DNA of 64,000 bases, from assembly GCA_964255285.1 (NCBI GenBank), contig CAXUUL010000008.1, forward strand, positions 1-64,000, given 5' to 3'. The stretch is from Ionaspis alba (lineage: Eukaryota). The notes below the pieces were generated by a model. The model searched no databases. It worked only from the letters and a program-made list of their open reading frames with translations, and was not told where the DNA came from. A program made the translations under genes and the position numbers. Positions 53,348-63,934 of the stretch are shown here, piece by piece; within the stretch, counting starts at the first letter, position 1; each line of letters begins with the position of its first letter.

Positions 53348-53771
53348 GTTGAAAGCAAGACTCGATGAGAACAAGATCGAATGATCATGAATCATGCTTA
53401 CCGAAGATACGAATCCAGACGACCATGAAGCTGGAGGATCGGGTGTACTTGTGCTTAAAGGAAACGGCGAATAATTTAATTTGCAAGATAGAGAGTCGGA
53501 TGATATAGCAAACACAAAATGAAAAGCAGAAGTGAAATCGGGAGTGAATAGTGCTTATTCACAACATGACAGTGTAGTAAACAAGTGAAGCCGAACTTCT
53601 CCCTCCCTCGTAAGACACAGAGATTGCGTATAAATGCTGTGCGCCGTCCGCTCGTAACACCTTTCTCAACCATTTCCATAACATGTACCTGCATTTTTCG
53701 CTGTAAAAAGCGCTACACAAATCCCAACAAATAGTCTTCAATAGGTTGAGGCCGGAAGAGGAGAGTGGCAC

Positions 53772-54455
53772 ATGAATCTGGGGAGGATTTTGGCAGGTTC
53801 GTGTTGTCCCTAATAAAAGAATGCCCGCAAGCCACTAACAGCTGCAGATTCCTTACAGAACCGGAACGATATCAAATAATTTGCAACTCCGGGCCAAGTT
53901 GTGGGGGCCGTGAATACTGAGTGCACCAGAAGGGCTTCCAAGAAGAGGCTCCGAATTTCGAGCACCACAAACCGACAAAATCTGACTTCGCTGTATATAT
54001 TTCGATCTTGTCGCTTTTGACGGCTTCGTCTCCTTCCTATACTCGGGGGCTGTCGAACTTCGAGGCATCGAACAGCTACTGAGGCTCTTAATGCTTGCGA
54101 AGCATATCGGGCATCATGGAATCTTCGAAGATCTATCATCGACGAAATCAAACGACATTACCACGGAAGGCAGAAGCATCCGATAGCTAACACAGTCGAA
54201 GACTTCTACCACCTGGTGACTGGAGATTCCTATCTGCGCGGCTTCTTCGTGGAAGCTGTCGCTCGGTCAATCATCCACGGACGAGCGACAGCTAAAGTGT
54301 ATAAAGAATTGATCTTCGGTGGTGGATCACTAGGTGTAGAAGTTTTCCAGGTCATGGCGCTCGCAACGTAGTCCCTGCATCATAACAGAGATATGAGGAC
54401 AGGTTGCTGCATCGCAATCGAGTCGGAAAGAACTGCACCCTGCCGCGCACAATCA
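53772..54455 (+). pseudogene. Decayed BTB/POZ-domain gene
   Basis: ATG 53772 and intact-looking intron 53797-53847 (GTTCGT..ACTAAC..CAG). Fragments in shifted frames: GGREY*VHQK..APNF, FDLVAFDGFVSFLYSG...LLRLLMLAK, NLRRSIIDEIKRHY...P..TVEDFY...DSYLRGFFV. Stops and at least two frameshifts. End coordinate approximate. Confidence 0.65.
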
Positions 54456-55215
54456 ATAATAACAAATGATGATAAAGGCACCAGCGCTGGGAGAGAGGTG
54501 TTCACGACCGTTGGAAAAGGCTCGTCTGATAAATGCTAGAAGACATGGGAGAGAGCCGACCCTCCTAAACATGAGATCCACTTTCGGCGAAGAGCTGCCA
54601 ACAGGAAAGGATGCTATAAGTACGAGGTAGAAGTCCACGTAGAGGTCATACAGAATGTAAATGTTCTTCGTCCATCAGTGTTTTAAGAGTGATCGTGATG
54701 TTACGGGGGCAGACGCAGATTCTATGCGCCGTCGTTGGGCAGGATTACTATGGGCTGGAACATGAGGCACTGTCACATGCTAAATCAATAATATTTGAAA
54801 AATTGTGTTCATGTTCATGCTTCTAGTCCAAAGCGCAGGTTGATCTGAGGTATCTACGAGCCGCATGCTTTTCATTGTAGATCGGAATTTGATGGAACAG
54901 TACTTCCCGTACGACGTACCAGGTCTCGCTGATACTTTGTGAGTAAGGAGTCGTTATCAAACCCGTTTTGTTTCCCTGGCATTGGTGGGAGCGGAGCTGA
55001 CTGATGGCAGTGAGGCGTCATCGGTTCGTTGTTAGCGCCACAACTTAAAATCTTGTTTGACATCTCCTTTTGACGCGACCGACGCATTCTCATTCTTCTC
55101 CCTTTGCTGCCTTCCTTTCCTTCCCTATCAATTCACACATCATCCTAGGCTTCTCTCTTCCTTGACCCCCTTCTCGTCCCACTGAAGCACAGAGCTTGTC
55201 CGCCTAAGCTTTACC

Positions 55216-56823
55216 ATGTCTGAAGCCCCTCCTCAGCTTGGAGACATTCCCCAATATTCCGAGATGAATATCCCGACCTTGTCGACCAGCACAGGCAGCA
55301 ACCAGGCTGCTGCTACATCAACTTCGAATGGTAATTCATCAGTACAGTACACGAAGAATGCCATTTACGGCAGTAAGGTGAGCTTCTGAGATTTCCCATA
55401 TCGGTCGAACGGTGCTGACCGGATCGTCCATCAGTCTTCTAGGCAGCTCGCGTGACCCAAGTTGATAATCTGATTTCTGTGCTCTAGATGCTCAATCGGC
55501 TGCAAATACCATCAGCAACCATCCAGCGACACAGAACGTCAAGGATACAGTCACCAACGGTCAGGTGTGTCTACTAGACGGAGCCTAGCTTCTGAAGCAT
55601 CTACGCTGACTTGTCTCTCTCTAGTTTTCCTCCAACAAGTATCCTTTGTTGTCCATGACCTGATGAGCAGTAGGACCTGTTGCGGAGACAGTCAAGGATC
55701 AGTCCGCAAAGACAACATCAGAATTCAACAAGCTTGCAGACTCACGCACCACTCCTGGCAGTACCGCCGCTACTGGCCAAAACTTGACTCGTATGATACA
55801 TTACTCTCCTAAGTGATTAGTACTGAACGACTTGAAGATTACCATTCATTCTTCTACAATCTTCTCAGTGTAAGGTGGTCTTGACGCAAAATTCGCAGCG
55901 CATGCTGATCGAAACAGTGGCAGCATCCCCGTGCAACCGCACTTTCCTTCTTAACAACCGTTCTATTCATCTTCGCTGCCCGTTATCTGCCTGCACTTCG
56001 CTGGTCGTTCAAGATTTTGTCATATGCACTTGGAGGTCGGTTACTGAAACCCATAGCTCCTCCTATGATTCTAATCGATGAGACAGTGACGGCTACCGCA
56101 GAGATAGCCGGAAAACTGGTACTCAATCAAGGGCTCGCGTCTTCCTTCCGACCCAAGAAATACTATACTATACCCAGAGAGTCGCTTGAAGCTTCTCTGG
56201 AAGATGTTGAGCAGCTCATCAACTTCTTTGTCATTGAATTCCAACGTGTTCTTTTCGCAGAGAACGTCTTCCATACACTAGCCGTAATTTATCCCTCCAT
56301 CACAGTCACCATTGATTCTTTGTAAGCAGCTAATACGTTACAGGCTTTTGCATCAGCTATGGTGTCTTACTGGCTCATCAAGTTCCTGCCACTTTGGGGT
56401 CTCTCGCTCATCGCCGTCTCAATGATATATCTTACACCCCTCATCTACATCAATAACAAGCAAATGATCGATGAACAGCTCAACAACGCCTCCAATGTTG
56501 TCAATTCCCAGGCTGCTCAAGTCAAGGATCTCGCCGGTCACCACGCCGGTCGTGCTTCTGAAACAGTCAAGGCATATGCGGGTGACTACACCGCCAAGGC
56601 GCAGGAATACATCGGAAGTGCTAGAGGGCGTTCTACCTCTCCCGAGGTATCCAGCAAGTCTACAGCTCAAAACCCGATGAAATCTGAGCCCGGTGCACCC
56701 CCGTCGTACAGTTCTTCTGACTTCCCACATGCTCCCAAGCAGGAGCCCACTGCCGGCGTAACATCCCACCAAGAGCAGTACGAGAAGTCGCAATTTGGCG
56801 GCCAAGCTGAGCCTGCGACCTAG
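55216..56823 (+). CDS. rtnA: Reticulon-like protein, 7 exons; first two intervening sequences are complex (stwintrons)
   Basis: Spliced translation ...HPATQNVKDTVTNGPVAETVKDQSAKT...ATGQNLTHYHSFFYNLLSWQHPRAT...RPKKYYTIPRESLE...INFFVIEFQRVLFAEN...YWLIKFLPLWGL..., with two long hydrophobic hairpins. Confidence 0.92.
55373..55487 (+). other. [D5,6] stwintron 1 (internal intron 55378-55434)
   Basis: GTAAG|GTGAGC..GCTGAC..CAG|T.. reconstitutes GTAAGT. Second branch TCTGAT and TAG acceptor at 55487. Confidence 0.8.
55560..55673 (+). other. [D5,6] stwintron 2 (internal intron 55565-55624)
   Basis: GTCAG|GTGTGT..GCTGAC..TAG|T.. reconstitutes GTCAGT. Second branch CCTGAT and CAGTAG acceptor at 55673. 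Confidence 0.8.
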
Positions 56824-57181
56824 AAGTTGGTGGGCGCGGCAAAAGCATTCCGAGCGGCGGGCAGTTAGGAAGATTGGATGGAACGGGAAAAGTAGCGAAG
56901 GGGAGTGAACAGTTGTCGGCAGCAACTGACCCTGTGAATTGATGAGAACGATGGCACGACAGCACATTATGACTGTGAGGTCCTTCACTGTCTATCGCAG
57001 AATCAGTGCATCCATTTCAGATTCGTGTATCTTAGTGCTTGCAGTAGGCGTTAGTTTTAAAAATGGTACTCCAACTACTATGAACTCAATGTCTGAACCG
57101 GTCATGAAAAATGTGGAAGCTTTCACTTCCTCTTTTTTCACAGATCGGATCGTAGATACTAACAATCTACACTTCCTGCCA

Positions 57182-58135
57182 TCATTCCTCATCGGGATCG
57201 TACAAATCTAACCCCCCAAAGACATCAGGCTTCTCTTCCCGCACCCTGTCAGCGGGCCGCTTCTGCACCGCCTCTTGGTCTTCTCCTATCATTCCGACGC
57301 CGCGCTCGTGAGCCTCCCACTTCACATCCCGGCGCCCGACTTCTTCATCCATCATCACAATCCCTGCCTCTTCCACCTTCGTCGGATCTTCTCCCCGCTC
57401 AATCTTGCCCTGTATTTGCGCCAATGCGCCAAGTCGAATTATCTCTTCCGATGGCCATGGCAAGAACAGCGCTTGTGCTACAGGATTCAGCCACCTATGC
57501 TCCGCATCCGAAAGCAAGGACACTCCTAGATGGCCGGACTTGGCTTCGACGCTCGTCGTTGTCGACGTGGTGCCCGTGTTCCCTTGTGAAGCGCCTATTG
57601 CTTGTGTCGAAGAGCTGGCAAAGGATTCGGAGGCCCCATTGACGGGTTGTGACAAATTTGGAGTGTGCCGTGTTTGTTGTGAAGCTTGTCGAGGTACGGG
57701 CCGGAAGGTAGGAGAGACGGTGTATTTACTTATGTTCCGCGCATGGTTGAGCAGCTCTGGGTAAGGCACTCTGTGGACTGAGACATTGGGTGGAGTAGCG
57801 GAAGTTGCGATAAGTTCAGCGCGAGTGCGAGAAAGGAGAGCTAACGTTTCTATAGTGTGCTTATCGAGGGCATCAGTGGATGCGCGCAAGGAGAGGACGT
57901 GGGCGTAGTTGCGTTGGTGGTTGGAGACTGAGGTGGAACTCAGCCAAGTACCATGAGTATCGGACGGCCACGGAGGAGAGGACATACGGAGATGAAGATC
58001 TTCAGTCAAGTCGTCGTCGACAGCGAGGAGAGCGTGCGCAGCGGGGACGGAAGGATTGTAGGCAGTGATGGACTCGATGAGGATATTCAGGGCAGCTTCG
58101 ACGCGGTCAAGCTGGCTTTGAACAATGGCATTCAT
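57182..58135 (-). CDS. MED4: Mediator complex subunit 4, one 60-nt in-frame intron (57928-57987)
   Basis: LDRVEAALN.LIESIT.YNPS...A..LLA.DD.L, HQRNY, VPYPELL.HARNISKYT, FLPWPSEEIIRLGALA, FGGLDLYDPDEE. Confidence 0.88.
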   Translation of the reverse strand: MNAIVQSQLDRVEAALNILIESITAYNPSVPAAHALLAVDDDLTEDLHLRMSSPPWPSDTHGTWLSSTSVSNHQRNYAHVLSLRASTDALDKHTIETLALLSRTRAELIATSATPPNVSVHRVPYPELLNHARNISKYTVSPTFRPVPRQASQQTRHTPNLSQPVNGASESFASSSTQAIGASQGNTGTTSTTTSVEAKSGHLGVSLLSDAEHRWLNPVAQALFLPWPSEEIIRLGALAQIQGKIERGEDPTKVEEAGIVMMDEEVGRRDVKWEAHERGVGMIGEDQEAVQKRPADRVREEKPDVFGGLDLYDPDEE

Positions 58136-58614
58136 GATTGTGAGGTGCTCTTCAAGAAGCAGAAGTTTCTCTAGCTTCGAGGCCTTACGATAAGTTAATT
58201 TTGGACACCGCTAATGGGTGTGTCACTCCCGAAGGTAAATATTTGGCGACGTGCTTGATGGTCGACGAGGACAACCGGGAAGAGCTTAGGAATCAGCCTC
58301 CCCTGCCAAGATCCCTGCAGTGACGGCATGGGAACAACAACAAGTAACAACCTCGCCTGCTTCGCAAATACAGCCTTTGTTTAACATCCAGACCATTTTC
58401 TCCAAAGTGTTAATCATCGCCGTTCTTGTATTGCAGAAAGACGCCTGCTGAGCGAAAGCGCAGAACTTTCGACACATCCATAACGTCTTGACACATACAT
58501 CCTCCACTGCACTTATTCTTACCCCACCTGAGACGACTTTCTCCCTCGCTCGTGTTTATCTGTTCCTTCTCCTTGGTGTAGAAGGCGAGGTGGCGTCAAG
58601 TTGTTGTTCCCAAA

Positions 58615-59923
58615 ATGGGTAATCGGTGAGTGTGGTGCTTTCAATTCTCAATCCTTCCGTTCGAGCGCAACAGATCCAGTGCGGTGTGATTTCTATCACT
58701 CCAGTACAAAATGCAAATTTCTCTGGCGCACAGCATGTCACCTGGAATGTTATCAAATGGAGTCGATACGAGACAATGATGGACGAAGTCGAGTTCTCAC
58801 TGGAAGATCTTGAGGAGGCAATAAAGGCTTGTGTCCAGGATATGGTCAAGAGGGCCTTAGAAGACTCGGCCCCCAGTGACCAAGAACATACCGGTGAGGA
58901 AGTCAAATGGATTCACCAATCCACTAAGCTTGAGCAAGAGTGTTTCCATGGGTTCGCCGCGATGACTCGAAACCTCTTCGGTACCACCCCCGCATCAGGT
59001 TCGATTTTGGCCTGCTCAACGGCTTGCCGTTGCCACCTTGGTCCCGACGAATCACCTTCTTCTTTCCTAGCCACGTTGGAGAAGATATTTGGAAGATCGT
59101 TTATGTCTGAAGAGCATCAGTTTAGTGTTAATTTCCTCTATGAAGTGGTGTTGCACGACTTTTTATGCGAGATAGGATGGAACATCAGAGAGGTTGCGAT
59201 TTGAGACAGGGAGGTTCTAATGCAAATCAGGCAATCAAAACTATCGCAAGAGGAGCTCGTACAGCTTCAGAAGGAGACCCATTTTGATAAAAAAGAGCTC
59301 CAACAATGGTATAAAGGTGAGCATCACCCTCGAGCTTGAAGCATCAAGTGTATGGAGGTTGACAGGCTTTATTTTGCAAGGGTTCCTCAAAGACTGTCCA
59401 TCGGGCATGCTCACCAAACCCGAATTTCAAAAGATATATCGGCAGTTCTTCCCCTTCGGTGATCCCACCTCTTTCGCAGACTACGTCTTCAACGTCTTTG
59501 ACAAGGACAAGTCTGGCTCGATAGACTTCAAGGAGTTTATATGCGCTTTAAGTGTTACCTCGAGAGGAAAAATGGAGGACAAGCTAGATTGGGCCTTCCA
59601 GCTCTACGATATCGATGGAGATGGTCATATCAGCTACAACGAGATGCTACAGATAGTTGAAGCAATCTACAAGATGGTGAGTCAAGAAAGTTCAATATTC
59701 CGCCTTGGAGAATGCAATCTTGCTCGTCTTACAATTGTTGTAGGTCGGCTCAATGGTCAAACTACCACCCGATGAGAACACACCTGAGAAGCGAGTCAAG
59801 AAAATCTTTAAGATGATGGACAAAGACGAGAACGGCTCGCTAGACATGGAGGAATTCAAGGAAGGAAGCAAGAGGGATGAAACAATTGTTTCTGCATTGT
59901 CACTCTACGACGGCCTAGTCTGA
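58615..59923 (+). CDS. ncs1: Neuronal calcium sensor 1 / frequenin homolog (myristoylated EF-hand), 4 exons
   Basis: Exon 1 ATG GGT AAT CG (58615-58625) splices to 59231, giving [13 protein letters not shown]...[24 protein letters not shown]-hands [36 protein letters not shown]. Ends ALSLYDGLV. Confidence 0.96.
58776..59204 (+). CDS. Hypothetical 142-aa ORF nested in NCS1 intron 1
   Basis: Frame open from 58626 to the stop at 59204; first ATG at 58776. No family recognised. Confidence 0.4.
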   Translation: MMDEVEFSLEDLEEAIKACVQDMVKRALEDSAPSDQEHTGEEVKWIHQSTKLEQECFHGFAAMTRNLFGTTPASGSILACSTACRCHLGPDESPSSFLATLEKIFGRSFMSEEHQFSVNFLYEVVLHDFLCEIGWNIREVAI

Positions 59924-60824
59924 ATGCAAGTTTCAGTGTTCGGATGCTGTTTCTTCCTCTCGTCGATCATTTCCAATTTTGCAGCATCTTCAGAGCGTCC
60001 TGGGGTCGAGTCATGATGGTTTTGTTGTTCTTGTCAGTGAATTGCAGATGATGAACATGAGACTACGGTTAGCTTGTTCTCCAATATTAGTCGTTAGATA
60101 GGGGTATGATGGTGCATTTGTTATTTTGGGTGGAATCTGGATACCCAAGAACACATAGTCTGGTTGACGAGTTCGATGGCTGCTCGTTGGTATGGTACTG
60201 TGGGCTGCCGATTCGAACGATTCAGGCGTTTCTCATACGCAACAAGAGCCATATTTGAAAGTTTTGACTTTCAGTATATGCTCCACGTCCTGTGTAAAGG
60301 CCATTGACCTCTCGCATACGTAGCAACGCCGGTTGCGAGCTGATCTGATGGAGCAAGGTGGGGTATTAGCTCGTCTAATTGACTGGCCTTGAGGTATCCT
60401 TCGTTCTGAAATGAACTCCGCTTGTACCAATTCTTGGTCCTAGTAATTATCCCCTTGAATATAGACAAGGCGAGCGTAGAGTTGGCGACCAGAGTGTTTC
60501 CTTGGCACTTATACCACGCTAATACCAAACTTGGATCGGATGCAGCGCAACAATAGAGATAGATTACCAAAGGTCCTAGCTCTGAGCCCCATGCAGATAC
60601 AGATCCATCGAAAGGGGGGGCCAACACAGCACTCTATGCACTGACCCAGCAAGAGCTCATCCCACTTTCACCAGTCATGTCGTTTGAGCTTTCGGGCTGA
60701 CATGAAGGAGCCACCCTTCTTAGACATTTCGTTAAATAGCACTCGAGCCTTGGACAGCTTCCTCACCACCACTTCATAGCAGGAGTTGTCCTCCTGACAC
60801 CAAGCACACCGATAGCTCGTCACG

Positions 60825-62876
60825 ATGTGGCTGCGGAAGCTTTCCCTGCCACGAAGTCTCCTCCCACTATTCCTCCTCACACCGAGCCTTTCCACCGCTT
60901 TCTACCTGCCCGGCGTTGCACCAATGTCGTACGACTGGGGATCGATTGTTCCTTTATACGTTAACAAGTTAACGCCGCTCCAGTCAGAAACGGATTTAAA
61001 GCTTCATTCTACCGTTTCCTACGACTATTACCACGAAGCTTTTCATTTCTGTACTCCGCCTGATGGTCCCAAGGATGTTGGGCATGAATCGTTAGGGGCT
61101 GTCATCTTCGGAGATCGAATCAAGACGTCGCCTTTCGAGTTGAAGATGATGGTAAACGAGACCTGCAAACGTCTATGTGACGAGCAGACTTTTGATGAAA
61201 GGAGCGCCAAGTTCGTAAATAAGAGGATATGGCAGAACTACAACTTGAATTGGTTGGTGGATGGTCTTCCAGCCGGTCAGCCACGTCGAATGTCTGGATC
61301 CGAAAGCGGACCTATCTACTACAGTCGCGGTTTTCCTCTAGGCTTTCACAAGGAAGACGAGAAACCTCTTCTTAACAACCACTACGATATCGTTATCGAC
61401 TACCATGCCGTAGGAGCGGGGAAGTACCGGGTGGTTGGTGTTTTGGTGAATCCCATTTCGCGAGCTCACTCAAGGAACCTCGATGATGGCGGCGTCGAAT
61501 GCGGGGACGAGACTCCATTGAGTCTGAGCGGGGACGGCGAGATGAAGGTTACGTGGACCTATAGTGTTTATTGGAGACCATCGTCTGTTTCATGGGCGGT
61601 CCGATGGGACACCTATCTTTATGTGGATGACCCCAAGATACACTGGTTCTCGCTGATAAATTCCGCCGTCATAGTGGTATTTCTGGCGGGCACGGTTTCC
61701 GCAATCCTGATGAGAGCTTTGAAGAAGGATTTTGCAAGATACAACCGTTTAGACACTTTTAACCTGGACGATTTCTCCACCTCCGCTGTCGTCGAAGACG
61801 GTGTACAGGAAGACTCAGGCTGGAAGCTTGTTCATGGAGATGTGTTCAGACCACCAAAGAATCCTCTTCTACTTAGTATCTTTTTAGGGAATGGTGCGCA
61901 GTTGTTCTTCATGACCGGCATTACTATTTTCTTTGCTCTCTTTGGATTCCTTTCGCCATCGAACCGTGGATCACTTGGTACTGCCATGATACTTTTGTAT
62001 ACTGTCTTTGGTTTCATCGGCGGGTATGTCTCGGCTCGGATCTATAAAACATTTGGTGGGGATGCCTGGAAAAGAAGTATTGTTCTTACTCCGGTAATGG
62101 TTCCTCTCACCGTGTTTGGAACTTTCTTCGTTCTCAACCTTTTCCTTTGGGCTCGAGGATCCAGCGGGGCAGTGCCATTTACTACCATGCTCGTTCTGGT
62201 CGGGATCTGGTTCATGATCACTCTTCCCTTGAGTTTTGTTGGTAGCTGGATAGGTTTCAAGCAAACTGTAAGTTTGTTTTGAGAATACAGTCGAAGCGAT
62301 ATATAACCTTTGCCAGGCATTCCAAGCACCGGTTCGCACAAATCAGATACCCCGACAGATACCTCCTAGCACCCACTACCTTCGCCCTTTGCCCTCGATG
62401 CTTCTGGTGGGAGCACTTCCATTCGGCGCCATCTTCGTCGAACTTTACTTCATCATGGACAGTTTGTGGTTCGACAGAGTGTACTATATGTTTGGTTTCC
62501 TATTCCTCTGTTACGGCATCATGATCATCATGTGCGCCTCTGTTACTATCATGTTCGTGTATTACCTACTCTGCGCCGAGGAATATCGCTGGCAGTGGAG
62601 GGCTTTCAATGGTGCTGGAGCTGGCGCAGGCTTTGTCTTTGCATTCGCATTGATCTATTGGATACTTCGATTGCGCTTTTCGGGGCTCACCTCTGTGGTG
62701 TTATTCGTGGGTTACAGTGCTCTCATAAGCTTCCTATTCTTTATTTTGACCGGTAAGTTGGTCCAAGCCTACTCCTCGGTGCAATACTGCGTCTAATTGC
62801 TGCGACAGGAACCATTGGCTTCTTTTCGAGCTGGGCTTTCGTTCGGAAAATTTACAGCTCGATAAGGATTGACTAG
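60825..62876 (+). CDS. EMP70: Transmembrane 9 superfamily (nonaspanin) protein, 3 exons
   Basis: Signal peptide then FYLPGVAP, SLGAVIFGDRI, NWLVDGLP, IHWFSLINS, EDSGWKLVHGDVFRPP, PVRTNQIPRQIP, GALPFGAIFVELYFI, EEYRWQWR, KIYSSIRID. Confidence 0.95.
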
Positions 62877-63260
62877 TCGCAGGAAGATTTGAGCAGCATA
62901 GTATCTTGCACTTAGATACAACAAACAAATCCCAGAGATACTATTTCGTCTGGACCAATGTGCTTCCGTTGTGAATCCTCTCTGACGTTTTCTTATTGCG
63001 CAAATGCTCCTCTTATCTGTATTGTACCGTTGACCAGGCAAACGACGCAAATGCTAGGAACTCTCCGTAGGCTAGCATAGGGTAATCATAAATAAGCGAG
63101 AACTCTATTTCCCGTAGGCACGACCTCGAACCCGCCTGTCCTTGTTGCTTTTGGGATATCTCATCCAAAAGCGTCCCTTGCCCTCGGTTGACGTCTCCCT
63201 TCAGTACCAGGACCAACGTTAGGCTCGGTTTCCAACTGCTGGATAGCTCTACGTCGAAAT

Positions 63261-63934
63261 ATGGCGACCTCAGCAGCGGCCGGGCTCCTTGGCCGCCAGC
63301 TCAAACAGATGCAAGGCGACAAGGACATCCCCGGGATAAGCTGCGGACTGGTGGACGATAACGTTTTCGAGTGGGAGGTGATGCTCATGATCTCAGATGA
63401 CTGTCGATACTACGGTGGCATGCTACCCGTCTACCTTCGCATTGGGCTCCGTTCCTCAGCTCTATGATTTGCAAGGATGAAGAGCTGATACTTTCGTGGG
63501 TCTAGGAGGATTTTTCCGTGCACATCTCACATTCCCGCCAGAGTACCCACTTTTACCACCGAAGATGAAGTTCGAGCCATCCTTATTCCATCCAAACAGT
63601 ATGTCCTCTTCTGTTCCTTTCGAATACTGTACACAATATATGGCCGCAGATTCGTAACTCGTGCGCCCCGTGTCTAGTCTATGAAAGTGGCGAAGTCTGC
63701 ATATCCATCCTCCATCCTCCCGAAGACGACAAGTACGGTTACGAGTCCGCTGCAGAGCGGTGGTCGCCAGTTCAGACGCCCGAGACAATACTGCTGAGTG
63801 TTATCAGTATGCTGAGCAGTCCCAACGACCAGAGCCCGGCGAATGTGGAAGCGGCAAGGCTGTGGAGGGAAGATTCGAAAGAGTTTCGGAGACGATGCCG
63901 AGCTTGCGTAAGGGCGAGTTTAGGGGATGAATGA
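63261..63934 (+). CDS. Ubiquitin-conjugating enzyme E2 (Ubc7/UBE2G/Cdc34-type with acidic loop), 3 exons
   Basis: NVFEWEV, FPPEYPLLPPKMKF, FHPN, catalytic VCISILHPPEDDKYGYE...ERWSPVQT, SPANVEAA. Stop TGA 63932-63934. Confidence 0.94.

Noticed and set aside
53950..54200. Cluster of about eight TCGA words as Xbp1 autoregulatory sites
   Set aside because: It lies downstream of the APSES gene and is explained by the BTB pseudogene's codons; TCGA is common throughout the window.
60271..60627. 118-aa minus-strand ORF between NCS1 and the TM9 gene
   Set aside because: Non-ATG start, no recognisable motif, and length within chance expectation.
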